From Armatimonadota bacterium (GTDB lineage: Bacteria; Armatimonadota; SYMT01): DNA of 64,000 bases. The notes under the pieces are model-generated. The model ran no database searches. It worked only from the letters and a program-made list of their open reading frames with translations, and was not told the origin of the DNA. The stretch lies in NCBI GenBank assembly GCA_046292385.1, contig JBKBRF010000035.1:13500-77499 (forward strand), read 5' to 3'. The translations under genes and the position numbers were made by a program. Shown here piece by piece: positions 46,748 to 59,600 of this stretch; position 1 is the first letter of the stretch; each line of letters starts with the position of its first letter.

Positions 46748-47368
46748 CTACGCCGCGGCGGGGGCGACCTCCGGGTGCGCCTGCTCGTAGGAGCCGATCG
46801 CGCCGGCGTGCTGCAGGGTGAGGCCGATTTCGTCGAGGCCCTGGAGCAGCATCTCCCGGGAGCCGTCCGGGACGGCGAAGCTCTCGGTGACGTCGCCGCC
46901 CGGAAGGTGGGCGGTGACGGTGCGGGTTTCCAGGTCGATCGTGATCTCGCCGGTCCCGGCCTGGAACAGCCGCTCGGCAAATTCCGGGGTCACTTCCACC
47001 GGCAGCAGCCCGTTCTTGTAGCTGTTGTTCCGGAAGATGTCCGCGAAGCCGGGGGTCGCGCCGACCCGCGGCGCCACCACGGCGCGGAAGCCGGCCTGGG
47101 AGATCGCCCAGACCGCGTGCTCCCGGCTGGAGCCGCAGCCGAAGTTCTGGCGCGCCACCAGCACGGAGGCGCCTTCCGCCTCGGGGCGGTTGGTGGTGAA
47201 CTCCGGCACGGGGACGCCGTCCTTCTGCTTCAGGTCCATGAAGAGCAGCTCGCCGTAGCCGACTCGCTCGATCTTCTTCAGGTAGCGGGCAGGAATGATC
47301 GCGTCGGTATCAGTGTTGGCGCGGTCCAGGGTGATGAATTTGCCGCGGTGCTTAACGAATGGCTCCAT
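46748..47368 (-). CDS. leuD: 3-isopropylmalate dehydratase small subunit
   Basis: NTDTDAIIPA, NFGCGSSREHA.WA, FADIF.NN and LLQGLDEIGLT. Confidence 0.96.
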   Translation of the reverse strand: MEPFVKHRGKFITLDRANTDTDAIIPARYLKKIERVGYGELLFMDLKQKDGVPVPEFTTNRPEAEGASVLVARQNFGCGSSREHAVWAISQAGFRAVVAPRVGATPGFADIFRNNSYKNGLLPVEVTPEFAERLFQAGTGEITIDLETRTVTAHLPGGDVTESFAVPDGSREMLLQGLDEIGLTLQHAGAIGSYEQAHPEVAPAAA

Positions 47369-47385
47369 CGCTCTTCTCCTCCTGA

Positions 47386-48798
47386 TCAGCCCAGCGGCTC
47401 GAGCTCGCGGACGTCGACGAAGTGTCCCGCCACCGCGGCGGCGGCGGCCATCTCCGGGCTCACCAGGTGGGTGCGGCCCCCGATGCCCTGCCGGCCCTCG
47501 AAGTTGCGGTTGCTGGTGCTGGCGCTGCGCTGCTGCGGCTTCAGCTGGTCCGGGTTCATCCCCAGGCACATGCTGCAGCCCGCCTGCCGCCACTCCGCGC
47601 CCGCCTCGGTGAAGATCCGGTCCAGCCCCTCGCGCTCGGCTTCGGCGCGGACCTGCTGGGAGCCGGGGACCACCAGCACCTGCACGCCCGGCGCCACGCG
47701 GCGGCCCTTCAAGATCTGGGCGGCGGCGCGAAGGTCGTCGATGCGGCTGTTGGTGCAGGAGCCGATGAAGACGACGTCGACCCCGATCTCCTGGATCGGC
47801 TGGCCCGCTTCCAGGCCCATGTAGCGGAGCGCGCGCTCCACGTCGCTCGGGTTGACGAACGGCACTTCCTCCGGCTGCGGGACCCGCGCGGTGACGTCAG
47901 TGGTCATCGAGGGGCTGGTGCCCCAGGTCACCTGCGGCACCAGCTCGCCGGCATCCAGGGTGTAGGTGGTGTCGAAGACGGCATCGGCGTCGGTCGCCAG
48001 CGTGCGCCAGTACTCGATCGCCCGCTCCAGCTCGGCCCCGCGCGGCGCAAACGGGCGGTCGCCCTCAGCCACGTAGGCGAAAGTGGTCTCGTCCGGCGCG
48101 ATCAGCCCGGCGCGGGCGCCCGCCTCGATCGACATGTTGCAGATCGTCATCCGGCCGGCCATGTTCAGCCGCCGGATCAGCTCGCCGCGGAACTCGATCA
48201 CGTGTCCGGTGGCGCCGCCCGTGCCGATGTCGCGGATCACGCGGAGGATGACGTCCTTCGCGGTTACGCCGAGCGGCAGCTCCCCGTTCACCTCGATCGA
48301 ATAGGTCTTCGACTTCACCGAGCGGAGCGTCTGCGTCGCCATGACGTGCTCCACTTCGCTGGTGCCGATCCCGAACGCCAGGCTGCCGAAGGCGCCGTGG
48401 GTGGAGGTGTGGCTGTCGCCGCAGACGATCGTCTGTCCGGGGAGCGTGATCCCCAGCTCCGGCCCGATGACGTGGACGATCCCCTGCTTGTCGCTCTCCA
48501 TGCCGAAGTAGCGGACGCCGAACTCCTCGCAGTTGCGCTTCAGCGTGGTGATCTGCGTGCGGGAGAGGATGTCCTGGACGTTCAGGCGGTCGCCGTCGGT
48601 CGGGACGTTGTGGTCCGCCGTGGCGAAGGTGAGGTCGGGCCGGCGGAGCTTCCGCCCGGAGAGCCGCAGGCCGTCGAACGCCTGCGGGCTGGTCACCTCG
48701 TGGACCAGGTGGCGGTCCACGTAGAGGAGCGTCTCACCGGAGGGGAGCTCCGTCACGGTGTGCGCGTCCCAGATCTTCTCGTAAAGTGTTTTTCCCAT
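47386..48798 (-). CDS. leuC: 3-isopropylmalate dehydratase large subunit
   Basis: [39 protein letters not shown] and [12 protein letters not shown]. Confidence 0.98.
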   Translation of the reverse strand: MGKTLYEKIWDAHTVTELPSGETLLYVDRHLVHEVTSPQAFDGLRLSGRKLRRPDLTFATADHNVPTDGDRLNVQDILSRTQITTLKRNCEEFGVRYFGMESDKQGIVHVIGPELGITLPGQTIVCGDSHTSTHGAFGSLAFGIGTSEVEHVMATQTLRSVKSKTYSIEVNGELPLGVTAKDVILRVIRDIGTGGATGHVIEFRGELIRRLNMAGRMTICNMSIEAGARAGLIAPDETTFAYVAEGDRPFAPRGAELERAIEYWRTLATDADAVFDTTYTLDAGELVPQVTWGTSPSMTTDVTARVPQPEEVPFVNPSDVERALRYMGLEAGQPIQEIGVDVVFIGSCTNSRIDDLRAAAQILKGRRVAPGVQVLVVPGSQQVRAEAEREGLDRIFTEAGAEWRQAGCSMCLGMNPDQLKPQQRSASTSNRNFEGRQGIGGRTHLVSPEMAAAAAVAGHFVDVRELEPLG

Positions 48799-48910
48799 CG
48801 GCTCTCTCCGTGGAGACGTTCCGGCAGACCGGGCGCGCTTGCCCTCCCCCGGACTCAGGACTCCCACCCCACTGTAGCGGAAGAGGTATGATAATTCCAG
48901 AGGCGGATTT

Positions 48911-48927
48911 GCTATCTATTTGATAGC
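48911..48927. promoter_or_regulatory. LysR-type binding site (T-N11-A palindrome)
   Basis: GCTATC-TATTT-GATAGC between the divergent leuC and LysR genes. Confidence 0.65.
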
Positions 48928-48939
48928 TGAGGATTATCG

Positions 48940-49863
48940 ATGGAGCTCTTCCAACTCCGGTACTTCGTCGCCGCCGCGCGCCGGCTCCACTTCCGCCGGG
49001 CGGCGGAGGAGCTTTACGTCTCGCAGCCGAGCCTGTCGCAGCAGATCGCGCGGCTGGAAGGGGAGCTGGGGACGCCGCTCTTCCACCGGCGGGGGCGCGG
49101 AGTCGTCTTGAGCGACGCGGGCGAGGCGCTCTTGCCGCTGGCGGAGCGGCTGCTGGAGGGAGAGGCGGAGGCGCGGCGGATCGTGCAGCAGGTGGCGGGT
49201 CTGGAGCGCGGGCGGCTCTCCCTCTGCGCGCTGCCGGCGCTCGATCAGCACCTGCTGCCGGGCTGGCTCGCCGCCTTCCGCCGGGAGCACCCGGAGGTGG
49301 AGATCCGGGTCCGGGAGCTGCGTCCCGCCCGGGCGGTGGCGGAGGCGGTGCGGGAGGGGCACGCCGACCTCGGCTTCGTCCACTTCCCCTGCGACACCGA
49401 AGGGCTCTCGTCGCGGCCGCTGCTCCAGGACCCGCTGGTACTGGTAGTGCCGCGGGCGCATCCGCTCGCCAGCCGGGAGGCAGTCCCGCTGATCGAGGCG
49501 GCGGGCGAAGACTGGGTCTGGGTCCACGAGGCCCAGGAGCCGGAGCACCCGCTCTACGCCGCGTGCCTGCGGGCCGGCTTTACCCCGCGCGTGGTCTGCG
49601 AGAGCGGCAGCGCCCAGGGAGTGCTGGCCCTGGTGGAAGCGGAGCTCGGAATCGCGCTGCTGCCCCGGCTCGCGGTCGAGGCTCGAGCGGGCGTGTGCGT
49701 CGTACCGCTGCAGGACGACGGCGCGGCGCGCACCTTGGCGGTGATCTGGGACCCGGAGCGGCTCAGCCACGCCGCGGCCGCGTTCCTGCGCCGCTGCCGG
49801 CCCGGGGAGGTGATTAACGGCTCACTGCCGGGTCCAGGGCAGGGAGCGGCGCGGAGGTCTTGA
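48940..49863 (+). CDS. LysR family transcriptional regulator
   Basis: QLRYF...HFRRAAEELYVSQPSLSQQIARLE.ELG..LF.R HTH; divergent from leuCD. Confidence 0.95.
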   Translation: MELFQLRYFVAAARRLHFRRAAEELYVSQPSLSQQIARLEGELGTPLFHRRGRGVVLSDAGEALLPLAERLLEGEAEARRIVQQVAGLERGRLSLCALPALDQHLLPGWLAAFRREHPEVEIRVRELRPARAVAEAVREGHADLGFVHFPCDTEGLSSRPLLQDPLVLVVPRAHPLASREAVPLIEAAGEDWVWVHEAQEPEHPLYAACLRAGFTPRVVCESGSAQGVLALVEAELGIALLPRLAVEARAGVCVVPLQDDGAARTLAVIWDPERLSHAAAAFLRRCRPGEVINGSLPGPGQGAARRS

Positions 49864-50851
49864 TCCCGCGCTTCACCCCGTCCCAACGGTAGAGGTGCTG
49901 GCGCTCAAGGGGCGGCTCGCCGGGCACGAAGGTCAGCTCCCAGGCGGAGGCATCCCGCCGCGTGCTTAGCGGCCCGATGAAGTTGCCCAGGCTGTAGTGG
50001 ATCAGGCCGCTCCCATAGCGCTCTACCGGCCCGAGGCAGTGCGTGTGATGGCCGATCACCACCTCCGCGCCCCAATCGATGAGGCGGCGTCCCAGCCGCT
50101 GCTGCTTCTCCGTCGCGCCGGGGTAGAGCTCCTTTCCCCAGTGGACGGAGACGAGCACGTGGTCCGCCTGCTCCCGCGCTTCCCGGATCGCGGCCGGCAT
50201 GCGGGATTCGAACTCGGCGCCGCGCGCGGGAGCGACTCCCGGGCTGCGCGCGGTCGCCCAGCTTCCGAGCGGAAGCACGTCCGAGATCGCGAAGAGCGCG
50301 AAGGTCTGGCCGTTCCGCTCGAAGTAGACCGGCGCGAAGGCGGAATCCAGCTCCTCCCCGGCGCCGACGGGTGTAACCCCCGCACCGGTCAGTGCCGCCA
50401 GCGTATCCCGCAGCGCCTCCGGACCGTAATCCATCGTGTGGTTGTTAGCGAGGGAGACGTAGTCGAAGCCGGCCCGGCTCAGCCCGGCCGCCGCGATCGG
50501 AGGGGTGCGAAAGAGAAAGTTGGTCCGGTTCTTCAGGCTCTCCGCGCTCTTTCCCGGCGTCGGGGAGCCGCCGTCCGACAGTGGGGTCTCCAGGTTCCCG
50601 AAGGTGACGTCCGCGCCGGTGAGGAGACGCCGATACTTCCGAAACGGGTAGTCCGGGCCGTGCCGGAGGATCTGGGACTTGACCGACGTGCCGAGCATCA
50701 GGTCGCCCACCGCGAGCAGCCGGACCGGGCGCGGACTCTCCACTGGCTCGGCGGACCCGGTGACCGGTAAGAGCGGGCGCAGCCGGTCGCCACCCACCAG
50801 CACCACCGCCGCCACCGCGCAGAATGTTCCCAGGAGCCGAAGCCTTGCCAT
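49814..50851 (-). CDS. CapA family (poly-gamma-glutamate synthesis-like) metallophosphatase
   Basis: VGDLML, GNLETP, SLANNH.MDYG, VHWG.E, IGHH.H and YSLGNF. Confidence 0.92.
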   Translation of the reverse strand: MARLRLLGTFCAVAAVVLVGGDRLRPLLPVTGSAEPVESPRPVRLLAVGDLMLGTSVKSQILRHGPDYPFRKYRRLLTGADVTFGNLETPLSDGGSPTPGKSAESLKNRTNFLFRTPPIAAAGLSRAGFDYVSLANNHTMDYGPEALRDTLAALTGAGVTPVGAGEELDSAFAPVYFERNGQTFALFAISDVLPLGSWATARSPGVAPARGAEFESRMPAAIREAREQADHVLVSVHWGKELYPGATEKQQRLGRRLIDWGAEVVIGHHTHCLGPVERYGSGLIHYSLGNFIGPLSTRRDASAWELTFVPGEPPLERQHLYRWDGVKRGIKTSAPLPALDPAVSR

Positions 50852-51102
50852 GCTCTCTATATTCGGCCGGGCGGCGGCGGAGCCTCCGGAGGCGGCGTTC
50901 TTAAAAGGCGCTGATCTCCGGCTGCGTGGACCTAGACGCTGAGATTCTCTTGCAGCCTCGGCTGTAGTGCCTTATATCTAAAGCGGCACGGCGGAATTCC
51001 TGGAGGGAGTGGGGAACTGCTTCCTCGGGACCGGCGTCCTAAGTATCGGCGTGGGCGCCGCTGTATGGCCCCCGCACGAGCTGACCGACAACGAGGTGAT
51101 TG

Positions 51103-51522
51103 ATGCACCAGCAACGAGGCAGACTCCTGCTGGTGGACGGAAATGCGGCGCGCGCGCAGCATCTGGCATCCCGTCTCTCCAGTTTCGGCTTCGACATCGA
51201 GGTTGTGGACAACGGAGCGGTGGGGCTGCTGAAGGCTCACGACGTCCATCCGGACGTGGTGGTCGCGGCAGCGCAGACGCCTGTGCTCAACGGCTTCTTG
51301 CTGTTGCAGGCTCTGCGCGAGGATGCGCGAACGAGTAAGATCCCGGTGATCCTGGTAACCGAAGGAAGCTCTCAAAAGGAGCTGACGCGGGGCTGGGAAG
51401 CCGGGGCCGATCTCTGCGTGCCGATGAACCTGGGAGAAGCGGACGTAGTATCGATGCTGCGTCGGGCGCTGCAGAGCGTTCGGCCGGCAGCGGCTTCTCC
51501 CGCTCTGGCGCTGGCTTCATAA
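51103..51522 (+). CDS. Single-domain response regulator, atypical
   Basis: GAGGTGA RBS; LLLVDGN, PDVVVAAAQTPVLNGF and IPVILVT; canonical Asp and Lys replaced. Confidence 0.8.
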   Translation: MHQQRGRLLLVDGNAARAQHLASRLSSFGFDIEVVDNGAVGLLKAHDVHPDVVVAAAQTPVLNGFLLLQALREDARTSKIPVILVTEGSSQKELTRGWEAGADLCVPMNLGEADVVSMLRRALQSVRPAAASPALALAS

Positions 51523-51539
51523 TCTATAAACTCCGGCCA

Positions 51540-52799
51540 TTATCGGAACTTCATCTCAGCGCCATCCACCAGCACGCTACGGACCCGCAGCGTCTCTCTG
51601 AAGAGGGGAGACAGCGGGTCCGTAGTCTCGTCTGGCACTCCCTGCAGCACCTGAATGTCGGCTGCCTTTCCCGGCTCCAGCGAGCCGGTCACCGCTCCGA
51701 GGCCGAGCCCCTCCGCGGCGCCCAGCGTGGCGGCGTGGAGCCAGGTCTCGCGCGGCAGCTCCGGGTGCGCCTCCGCCGCCAGCCGCACCTCGCGCAGCAT
51801 CGTGAGCCCGGCGTTGCTGGCGAGGCTGTCGGTCCCCAGCGCCAGCGGCACTCCCGCGCGCACCAGCCGGCCCGCGGGGTGGTCCCGGTGCCCGAAGAAC
51901 TGGAAGCTGCCCGGGCACCAGGTCGGGCGCAGGCCGCCGCCCCGCAGCAGTGACAGGTCTTCGTCCGTCAGGTAGTTGCAGTGGACCGCGAGGCCGCGGG
52001 CCTCCAGCACCCCGAGATCGGCCAGGTAGCGGACCGGCGAGACGCCGGGCGGGGTCCAGTCCGGGTCCCAGGCATTCCGCTCCTCCAGCAGCTCCCGGAG
52101 CTGGCCGGCGCCGGAGCGGAGGAGCTCCAGCTCCGCGCGGGTCTCGGAAAGGTGGACCGAGAGCGGCACCCGCCGTTCACGGGCGAGCGCGGCGAGGCCC
52201 TGCATCAGCGGGGCGGAGGCGGTGTAGGGGGCGTGGGGCGCCAGGCCGAGGGTAACGCGGCCGGTGCCGGCGGCGCGAATCGCCTCCTCGCCCTGGTCCA
52301 GCCACTCGCCGGCCTGCCGGAGCAGCCCCTCGGCGCGCGCGGCGGGGAAGCCGATCGCCTCGTGGAAGACGATGGAGCGCATCGGGTGGGCGAGGAACGG
52401 CTCCAGCTCCGGCAGCATGTCGACGTGCGCTACCGTGGTGGTGCCGGAGTGCGCCAGGAGGTCCATGCCCGCGACGAGCGACTGCCGCACCAGCGCCGGC
52501 GGCAGGCTCTCCCGGAATCGGATCACCCGCCGCACCCAGTCCGCAAAGCGGTCGGCAGTCCCCGGGATCAATCCCAGCGCGCCGGTGAGGTTCAGGTGGC
52601 AGTGGGCGTTGACCCAGCCGGGCAGGATTAGCGAGCGGGGGAACGTGCGTAGGCGCGCCTTCAGGAATCGCGAGGGCAGCTCCCGCCGCGGACCGACCCA
52701 GGCGATCCGGGTCCCCTCCACGGCGACCACGCCGTCGCGGACCGGCGCGGCGGTGATCGGGAGCACCCACTCGGCGGCGAAGAGCACCGGCTCAGCCAT
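51540..52799 (-). CDS. Amidohydrolase family protein (deaminase-like)
   Basis: PGWVNAHCHL, APHAPYT, HLSET..E, ALGTDS.ASN and GSLEPGK.AD. Confidence 0.9.
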   Translation of the reverse strand: MAEPVLFAAEWVLPITAAPVRDGVVAVEGTRIAWVGPRRELPSRFLKARLRTFPRSLILPGWVNAHCHLNLTGALGLIPGTADRFADWVRRVIRFRESLPPALVRQSLVAGMDLLAHSGTTTVAHVDMLPELEPFLAHPMRSIVFHEAIGFPAARAEGLLRQAGEWLDQGEEAIRAAGTGRVTLGLAPHAPYTASAPLMQGLAALARERRVPLSVHLSETRAELELLRSGAGQLRELLEERNAWDPDWTPPGVSPVRYLADLGVLEARGLAVHCNYLTDEDLSLLRGGGLRPTWCPGSFQFFGHRDHPAGRLVRAGVPLALGTDSLASNAGLTMLREVRLAAEAHPELPRETWLHAATLGAAEGLGLGAVTGSLEPGKAADIQVLQGVPDETTDPLSPLFRETLRVRSVLVDGAEMKFR

Positions 52800-53649
52800 C
52801 GGCACGTACCATGCGGAAGACGGTGACCTCCGGCGGGCAGTTGAACCGCAGCGAGTAGTGGCTCGCCAGCCCGCGGGAAGTGTAGAGGCGGGTCCGACCT
52901 CGCTCCGACCACCCCGCGGCATGGCGGCGGCCGACGCGGGTGTGCGTGATCGGCGGACCGTAGAACGGTACCACCACCTGCCCGCCGTGAGTGTGTCCGC
53001 AGAGCGCGAGCCGCACGCCGCAGTGAGAGAGCTCCGGGAGGAGATCGGGCGAATGGGTCAGGAACAGGTGCGGATCCGGGCAGTCCCGCAGGGCGGCCGG
53101 GAGATCGGCCGTGTCGACTTTGGTGCTCCGCGGGTCCGTCCCCGCCACCCGCAGCCCGCCCGGCAGCTCGACGCCGCGGTTCCGGAGCAGGCCGATCCCC
53201 GCCGACTCGAGCGCCTCCACCACTCCCGGGATCACCCGCCGCGTTCCCGGGACGTAATCGTGATCGCCCAGCACCGCCAGCACCCCGTACCGGGCCCGCA
53301 GCCGCTCCACGTAGCGGATCATCGGGGGAACCTCCCGCGGAAAGCGCATCACGAAGTCCCCGGTGATGGCGATCAGGTCCGGCTCCAGGCCGTTCACCCG
53401 CCGTACCATCCAGCTCAGGAGCTGGTCGCTGCGCGGATCGCCGTAGTGCAGGTCGGAAAGGTGCACCAGCCGCGCGCCGGTCCAGGCGTCGGGCAGACCG
53501 GGCACCGGGAGGTCGAGCTCCTCGACCACCACGCGCTGGGGCTCGATCCAGAACGCGTCCAGGGCGAGCGCTGAGACAACTGCCGCCGCGGCCCCCGCAA
53601 GGAGCGGCAGCAGCCGGGGCGGTTTAGAGCGGTTTTCCTGATCACTCAT
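52792..53649 (-). CDS. Metallophosphoesterase (YkuE/YaeI-like)
   Basis: SDLH, TGDF, LGDHD, HSPD and GHTHGGQ. Confidence 0.92.
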   Translation of the reverse strand: MSDQENRSKPPRLLPLLAGAAAAVVSALALDAFWIEPQRVVVEELDLPVPGLPDAWTGARLVHLSDLHYGDPRSDQLLSWMVRRVNGLEPDLIAITGDFVMRFPREVPPMIRYVERLRARYGVLAVLGDHDYVPGTRRVIPGVVEALESAGIGLLRNRGVELPGGLRVAGTDPRSTKVDTADLPAALRDCPDPHLFLTHSPDLLPELSHCGVRLALCGHTHGGQVVVPFYGPPITHTRVGRRHAAGWSERGRTRLYTSRGLASHYSLRFNCPPEVTVFRMVRADG

Positions 53650-53780
53650 TCGGTAATGGTTGGGCGCGGCGCCCGGGGTCTATTGTGCCCCGCTCCCGGG
53701 GGAGGCGGCAACTCCCGGTACGCCCGATTCTCACACCGGCCAGCAGAGGTGGAATAGCAAACATCTGTGCGTCAGGAGTC

Positions 53781-53810
53781 TTGCTCGAAGGGGGTGATTC
53801 GGGATATAAT
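53781..53810 (+). promoter_or_regulatory. Sigma70-type promoter of gyrA
   Basis: TTGCTC, 18-bp spacer, TATAAT in a GC-rich background. Confidence 0.6.
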
Positions 53811-53969
53811 TCTATGTTCCCGGTCCTGCGTCCGAACGTGGTTTCGGCCCACTTTTGCCGGGGAGCGCGACCGGCGCGAGCGCGCCCATTCTCCCGATTG
53901 AAAGCCCTCGTCGCACGGCTCGAATCGGCGCTCGCGGCACGCACCGGTGAATTGAGATAGGAGACGGAT

Positions 53970-56531
<2,562 letters not shown>

Positions 56532-56555
56532 CGCCTCGCCGCGGAGCTGAGGAAC

Positions 56556-56587
56556 GGAAGGGGTGCCGGGAAACCGGCACCCCTTCC
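56556..56587 (+). terminator. Intrinsic terminator of gyrA
   Basis: 14-bp perfect stem GGAAGGGGTGCCGG-GAAA-CCGGCACCCCTTCC followed by TGTCTTTCT. Confidence 0.8.
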
Positions 56588-56651
56588 TGTCTTTCTGGAT
56601 GAAGGTGCCGGCTGCGTCTGGCTTGTCGCGCGGAGGTTCACCCCGCAGGAA

Positions 56652-56911
56652 GGGCCGCGCAAGGATACTGTTGGCGAAATCAGCGGGGCAGGAAAATCAT
56701 CGGTGGCCGACCCCTTCGGCGAGATTCCCCTGGCGGGGAAGCGGTGGCAAGCCACCGCACTCCACAGACTGCACCGACGCAGTCTCCCTTTCGACGAGAG
56801 GGAATCTCTTCCGGGCTAGCCTGTGGAGTGCGAATGCTTGCTTTCGCGCCCCGCGCCAGCGGGGCACCGGAGAAGCTTCCCGATTTCGCCAACAGTATCC
56901 TTGCGCGGCCC
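56652..56911. mobile_element. MITE-like non-autonomous element with 30-bp perfect inverted repeats
   Basis: GGGCCGCGCAAGGATACTGTTGGCGAAATC at 56652-56681 and its exact reverse complement at 56882-56911; partial copies elsewhere in the window. Confidence 0.75.
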
Positions 56912-57026
56912 GTCTCTCGCTGCGAAGTCGATCCCGTGACGTGCTGGAGCTCCGGAGCGCTTCGTGCGGACCCAGAGCCGGCGGATCACCGCTCCACCTC
57001 CCGAAGCGCCCGCGATCATCCCTGGC

Positions 57027-57857
57027 TCAGTTGTCCCAGCGGTATCCCTTCAGGAACGGGAAGCGCTCGCACTGCTCTTCCACCTCGCGGATCAGCTCCG
57101 GCGGCCAGGTCACCTTCTCGCGCGTGCGGCGCGGTTTCTCGAAGACCATGGAGGCACAGTCGCGGAGGTAGTCTTCGGGAGCGTCGAGGCCGACGAACTG
57201 GCAGAGCTCGGCGAGCTGCCGCTTCGGGTCGGCGATCAGCTCTTCCAGGCGCATCGAGTGCGCTTCGCCCTCCGGGATGCCGGCCAGCAGCTCGGCGTTC
57301 CACTCGCACTTGCGAAAGTACTTCCGGACCGATTTCTCCAAAGTCCGGCTCTCCGGGCGCTTGGAGTACATCGTCGAGACGTTATCGAACGGGTTGCGCG
57401 CCACGTGGACGAAGCGGATGGGGACTCCGACCGTTTTTCGAAGCTGATCCAGCAGATGCGGATGCTGCTGCAGGTGAGCCGTGGTGCCGGAGCCCTTCTT
57501 GTCGCCGATCACCCGCAGCCGCTCGACTCGTCCCTGCCACTGGTTCGGCACCCGGTAGTCGTACCGGCTCCAGTTGCGACCGATCCGCTCGAACCAGCGG
57601 TCCCGCTCCATCATCAGCGCGTACAGTCCGTCCCGGTGGTAGCCGCGGAGCACGTACTGCATCAGGTCCAGCTCATGCGCGATGACCGCGTGCCGGTGGG
57701 CGTTGAGCAGGGAGCCGACCAGGCTGTGGCCGCTGCGGGGATAACCGATGAAGAGGCAGACCTGTTCCACTTGCGGGAAGAGCTGGCGGTGGCGGAGCGT
57801 GCCCAGGAGCGAAGTCGCCCGAGTGGCGGGGGGTTCCAGGAGATCGAGCAGTTTCAT
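57027..57857 (-). CDS. Sulfotransferase family protein
   Basis: FIGYPRSGHSL (PAPS loop), IGDKK, HVARNPFD and LEELIADP. Confidence 0.85.
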   Translation of the reverse strand: MKLLDLLEPPATRATSLLGTLRHRQLFPQVEQVCLFIGYPRSGHSLVGSLLNAHRHAVIAHELDLMQYVLRGYHRDGLYALMMERDRWFERIGRNWSRYDYRVPNQWQGRVERLRVIGDKKGSGTTAHLQQHPHLLDQLRKTVGVPIRFVHVARNPFDNVSTMYSKRPESRTLEKSVRKYFRKCEWNAELLAGIPEGEAHSMRLEELIADPKRQLAELCQFVGLDAPEDYLRDCASMVFEKPRRTREKVTWPPELIREVEEQCERFPFLKGYRWDN

Positions 57858-58272
57858 GCGAGGGTGCGGGGAAGGCGAGTCGAGGGCCGATCCGGGTACG
57901 CGCTCTGCCGGCGCGGGAGGGCGCCCGGCCCCAGGCATTGTCGTCAGTTCGCGCCGGCGGCAGCACCCCGCGCCGGGGTGGCGATTCGAGGCGCCAGGAG
58001 ACTGTCTCTCAGTTGCGGAAGCGATATCCGGCCAGGAACGGGAGGCGGTAACACTTCGCCGCGGCTGCCCGAGGAAGCTCGGGGTTTCCCGAGCGCCGGG
58101 AGGGGGAAGAGGGGCGAGGGTGGCCTACTGCGCAGCGTGTCGCCAGCTTGCTTCCCAAAGCGCCGGTACCTACCGCGACCTCAGTCACGACCCTCCTTCG
58201 GGCAGGGAGTTCGCACCCTGCTGAAGCAGTAGCAAACGAGTCATCCGCTCTACCTCGCATTCGGATTGCAGC

Positions 58273-59076
58273 ATGTCGCTCTACTCGCAGCTCTTTGCCG
58301 TCGACCGGCCGCTGATCGGCATGGTCCACCTCCTCCCGCTCCCCGGCGCGCCGCGCTGGGCCGGCTCCATGGACCGCGTGATCGAGCGGGCTCTCGCCGA
58401 CGCCGCCGCGCTGGAGGCGGCCGGGTTCGACGGCGTGCTGGTGGAGAACTACAACGACGTGCCGTTCTACCCGGATCGCGTGCCGCCGGAGACGCTGGCG
58501 GCAGTCTCGGTCTGCGTGCGCGAGGTGGTGCGGTCGGTTGGCCTGCCGGTGGGCGTGAACCTGCTCCGCAATGACGGAGAAGGCGCCGTGGCGGTAGCCG
58601 CCGCGGCGGGCGCTCGCTTCGTGCGGATCAACGTCCACACCGGCGTCATGGCGGCGGACCAGGGGCTGCTGACCGGCCGCGCCCACGAGACGCTCCGGCT
58701 CCGCGCCCGGCTGGGCGCTGACGTGGCGATCTTTGCGGACCTCTGGGTCAAGCATGCGGTGCCGCTGGGCGGGGGCACGCCGGAGCAGGCGGCGGAAGAC
58801 CTGTACCGGCGAGGCCTGGCGGACGCGCTCATCGTGACCGGCACCGGCACCGGCAAGCAGACCGACCTCTCGCGGGTCGACCTGGCGCGCCGGGCGGTGC
58901 CGGACGCCCCGGTCCTGGTAGGCAGCGGGGTGCGACCGGAGACGGTGGCGGAGGTGCTGGCGGTGGCGAACGGCGCCATCGTAGGGACCGCGCTCTCACA
59001 CCAGGGCGCGGCCGGCTCCGGGATCGATCCGGAGCGGGCCCGCGCGTTCGCGGCAGCCATTCGCGCCCAGGGGTGA
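58273..59076 (+). CDS. BtpA/SgcQ family protein
   Basis: IGMVHL.PLPG.P, VENYNDVPF, GVNLLRND, AD..VKH and IVTG..TG. Confidence 0.93.
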   Translation: MSLYSQLFAVDRPLIGMVHLLPLPGAPRWAGSMDRVIERALADAAALEAAGFDGVLVENYNDVPFYPDRVPPETLAAVSVCVREVVRSVGLPVGVNLLRNDGEGAVAVAAAAGARFVRINVHTGVMAADQGLLTGRAHETLRLRARLGADVAIFADLWVKHAVPLGGGTPEQAAEDLYRRGLADALIVTGTGTGKQTDLSRVDLARRAVPDAPVLVGSGVRPETVAEVLAVANGAIVGTALSHQGAAGSGIDPERARAFAAAIRAQG

Positions 59077-59231
59077 AGCCGCGGCGTTTCCGCCGCCGCG
59101 CGGACCCTGCGCTATCGCCCCCCGGGCCTGACCAAGAGTTGTTCGCTGCAGCGGAGGATTATCAATCCGGATGCGGCAATATCCCGTAAACCCGCCGTGC
59201 TCTCCCCCAGCCGCCCCCCGCGGAGCCCCTC

Positions 59232-59600
59232 ATGCAGCAGTGTGACCCGAACGAGTCCGGACGCGTTGAGATCGCGCTGGTGGACGGCAGTCCCCGCATC
59301 CGCATGACCGGAGATTGCGACATCTCCATGGCCCACAGCCTGGCGGAGCACCTGGAGGTGCTGCTGGAGACCCGGCCCTCCAACCTGGTGCTCGACCTGG
59401 AGATGGTCACCTTTCTGGACAGCAGCATCCTGCGGCTCTTCCTGGCCGCGCGCCGGGAGCTGGAGCCTTCCTCGGTCCCGGTGGTCCTGCTCTGCCGGCC
59501 CGGCTTCGTCCGGCGGCTGCTCTCCCTGCTGGAGCTGGACCAGCTGCTGCACGTCTGCACGCCGGAGGAGTGGCGGCAGAAGGTCGCCAGCGTCCATTAG
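59232..59600 (+). CDS. STAS-domain anti-sigma factor antagonist
   Basis: GDCDI and LVLDLEMVTFLDSS. Confidence 0.85.
   Translation: MQQCDPNESGRVEIALVDGSPRIRMTGDCDISMAHSLAEHLEVLLETRPSNLVLDLEMVTFLDSSILRLFLAARRELEPSSVPVVLLCRPGFVRRLLSLLELDQLLHVCTPEEWRQKVASVH

Noticed and set aside
50970..51070. SAM-I or c-di-AMP riboswitch
   Set aside because: CTTAT and GGAGGGA look superficially similar, but the core consensus elements are missing; kept only as an unknown structured leader
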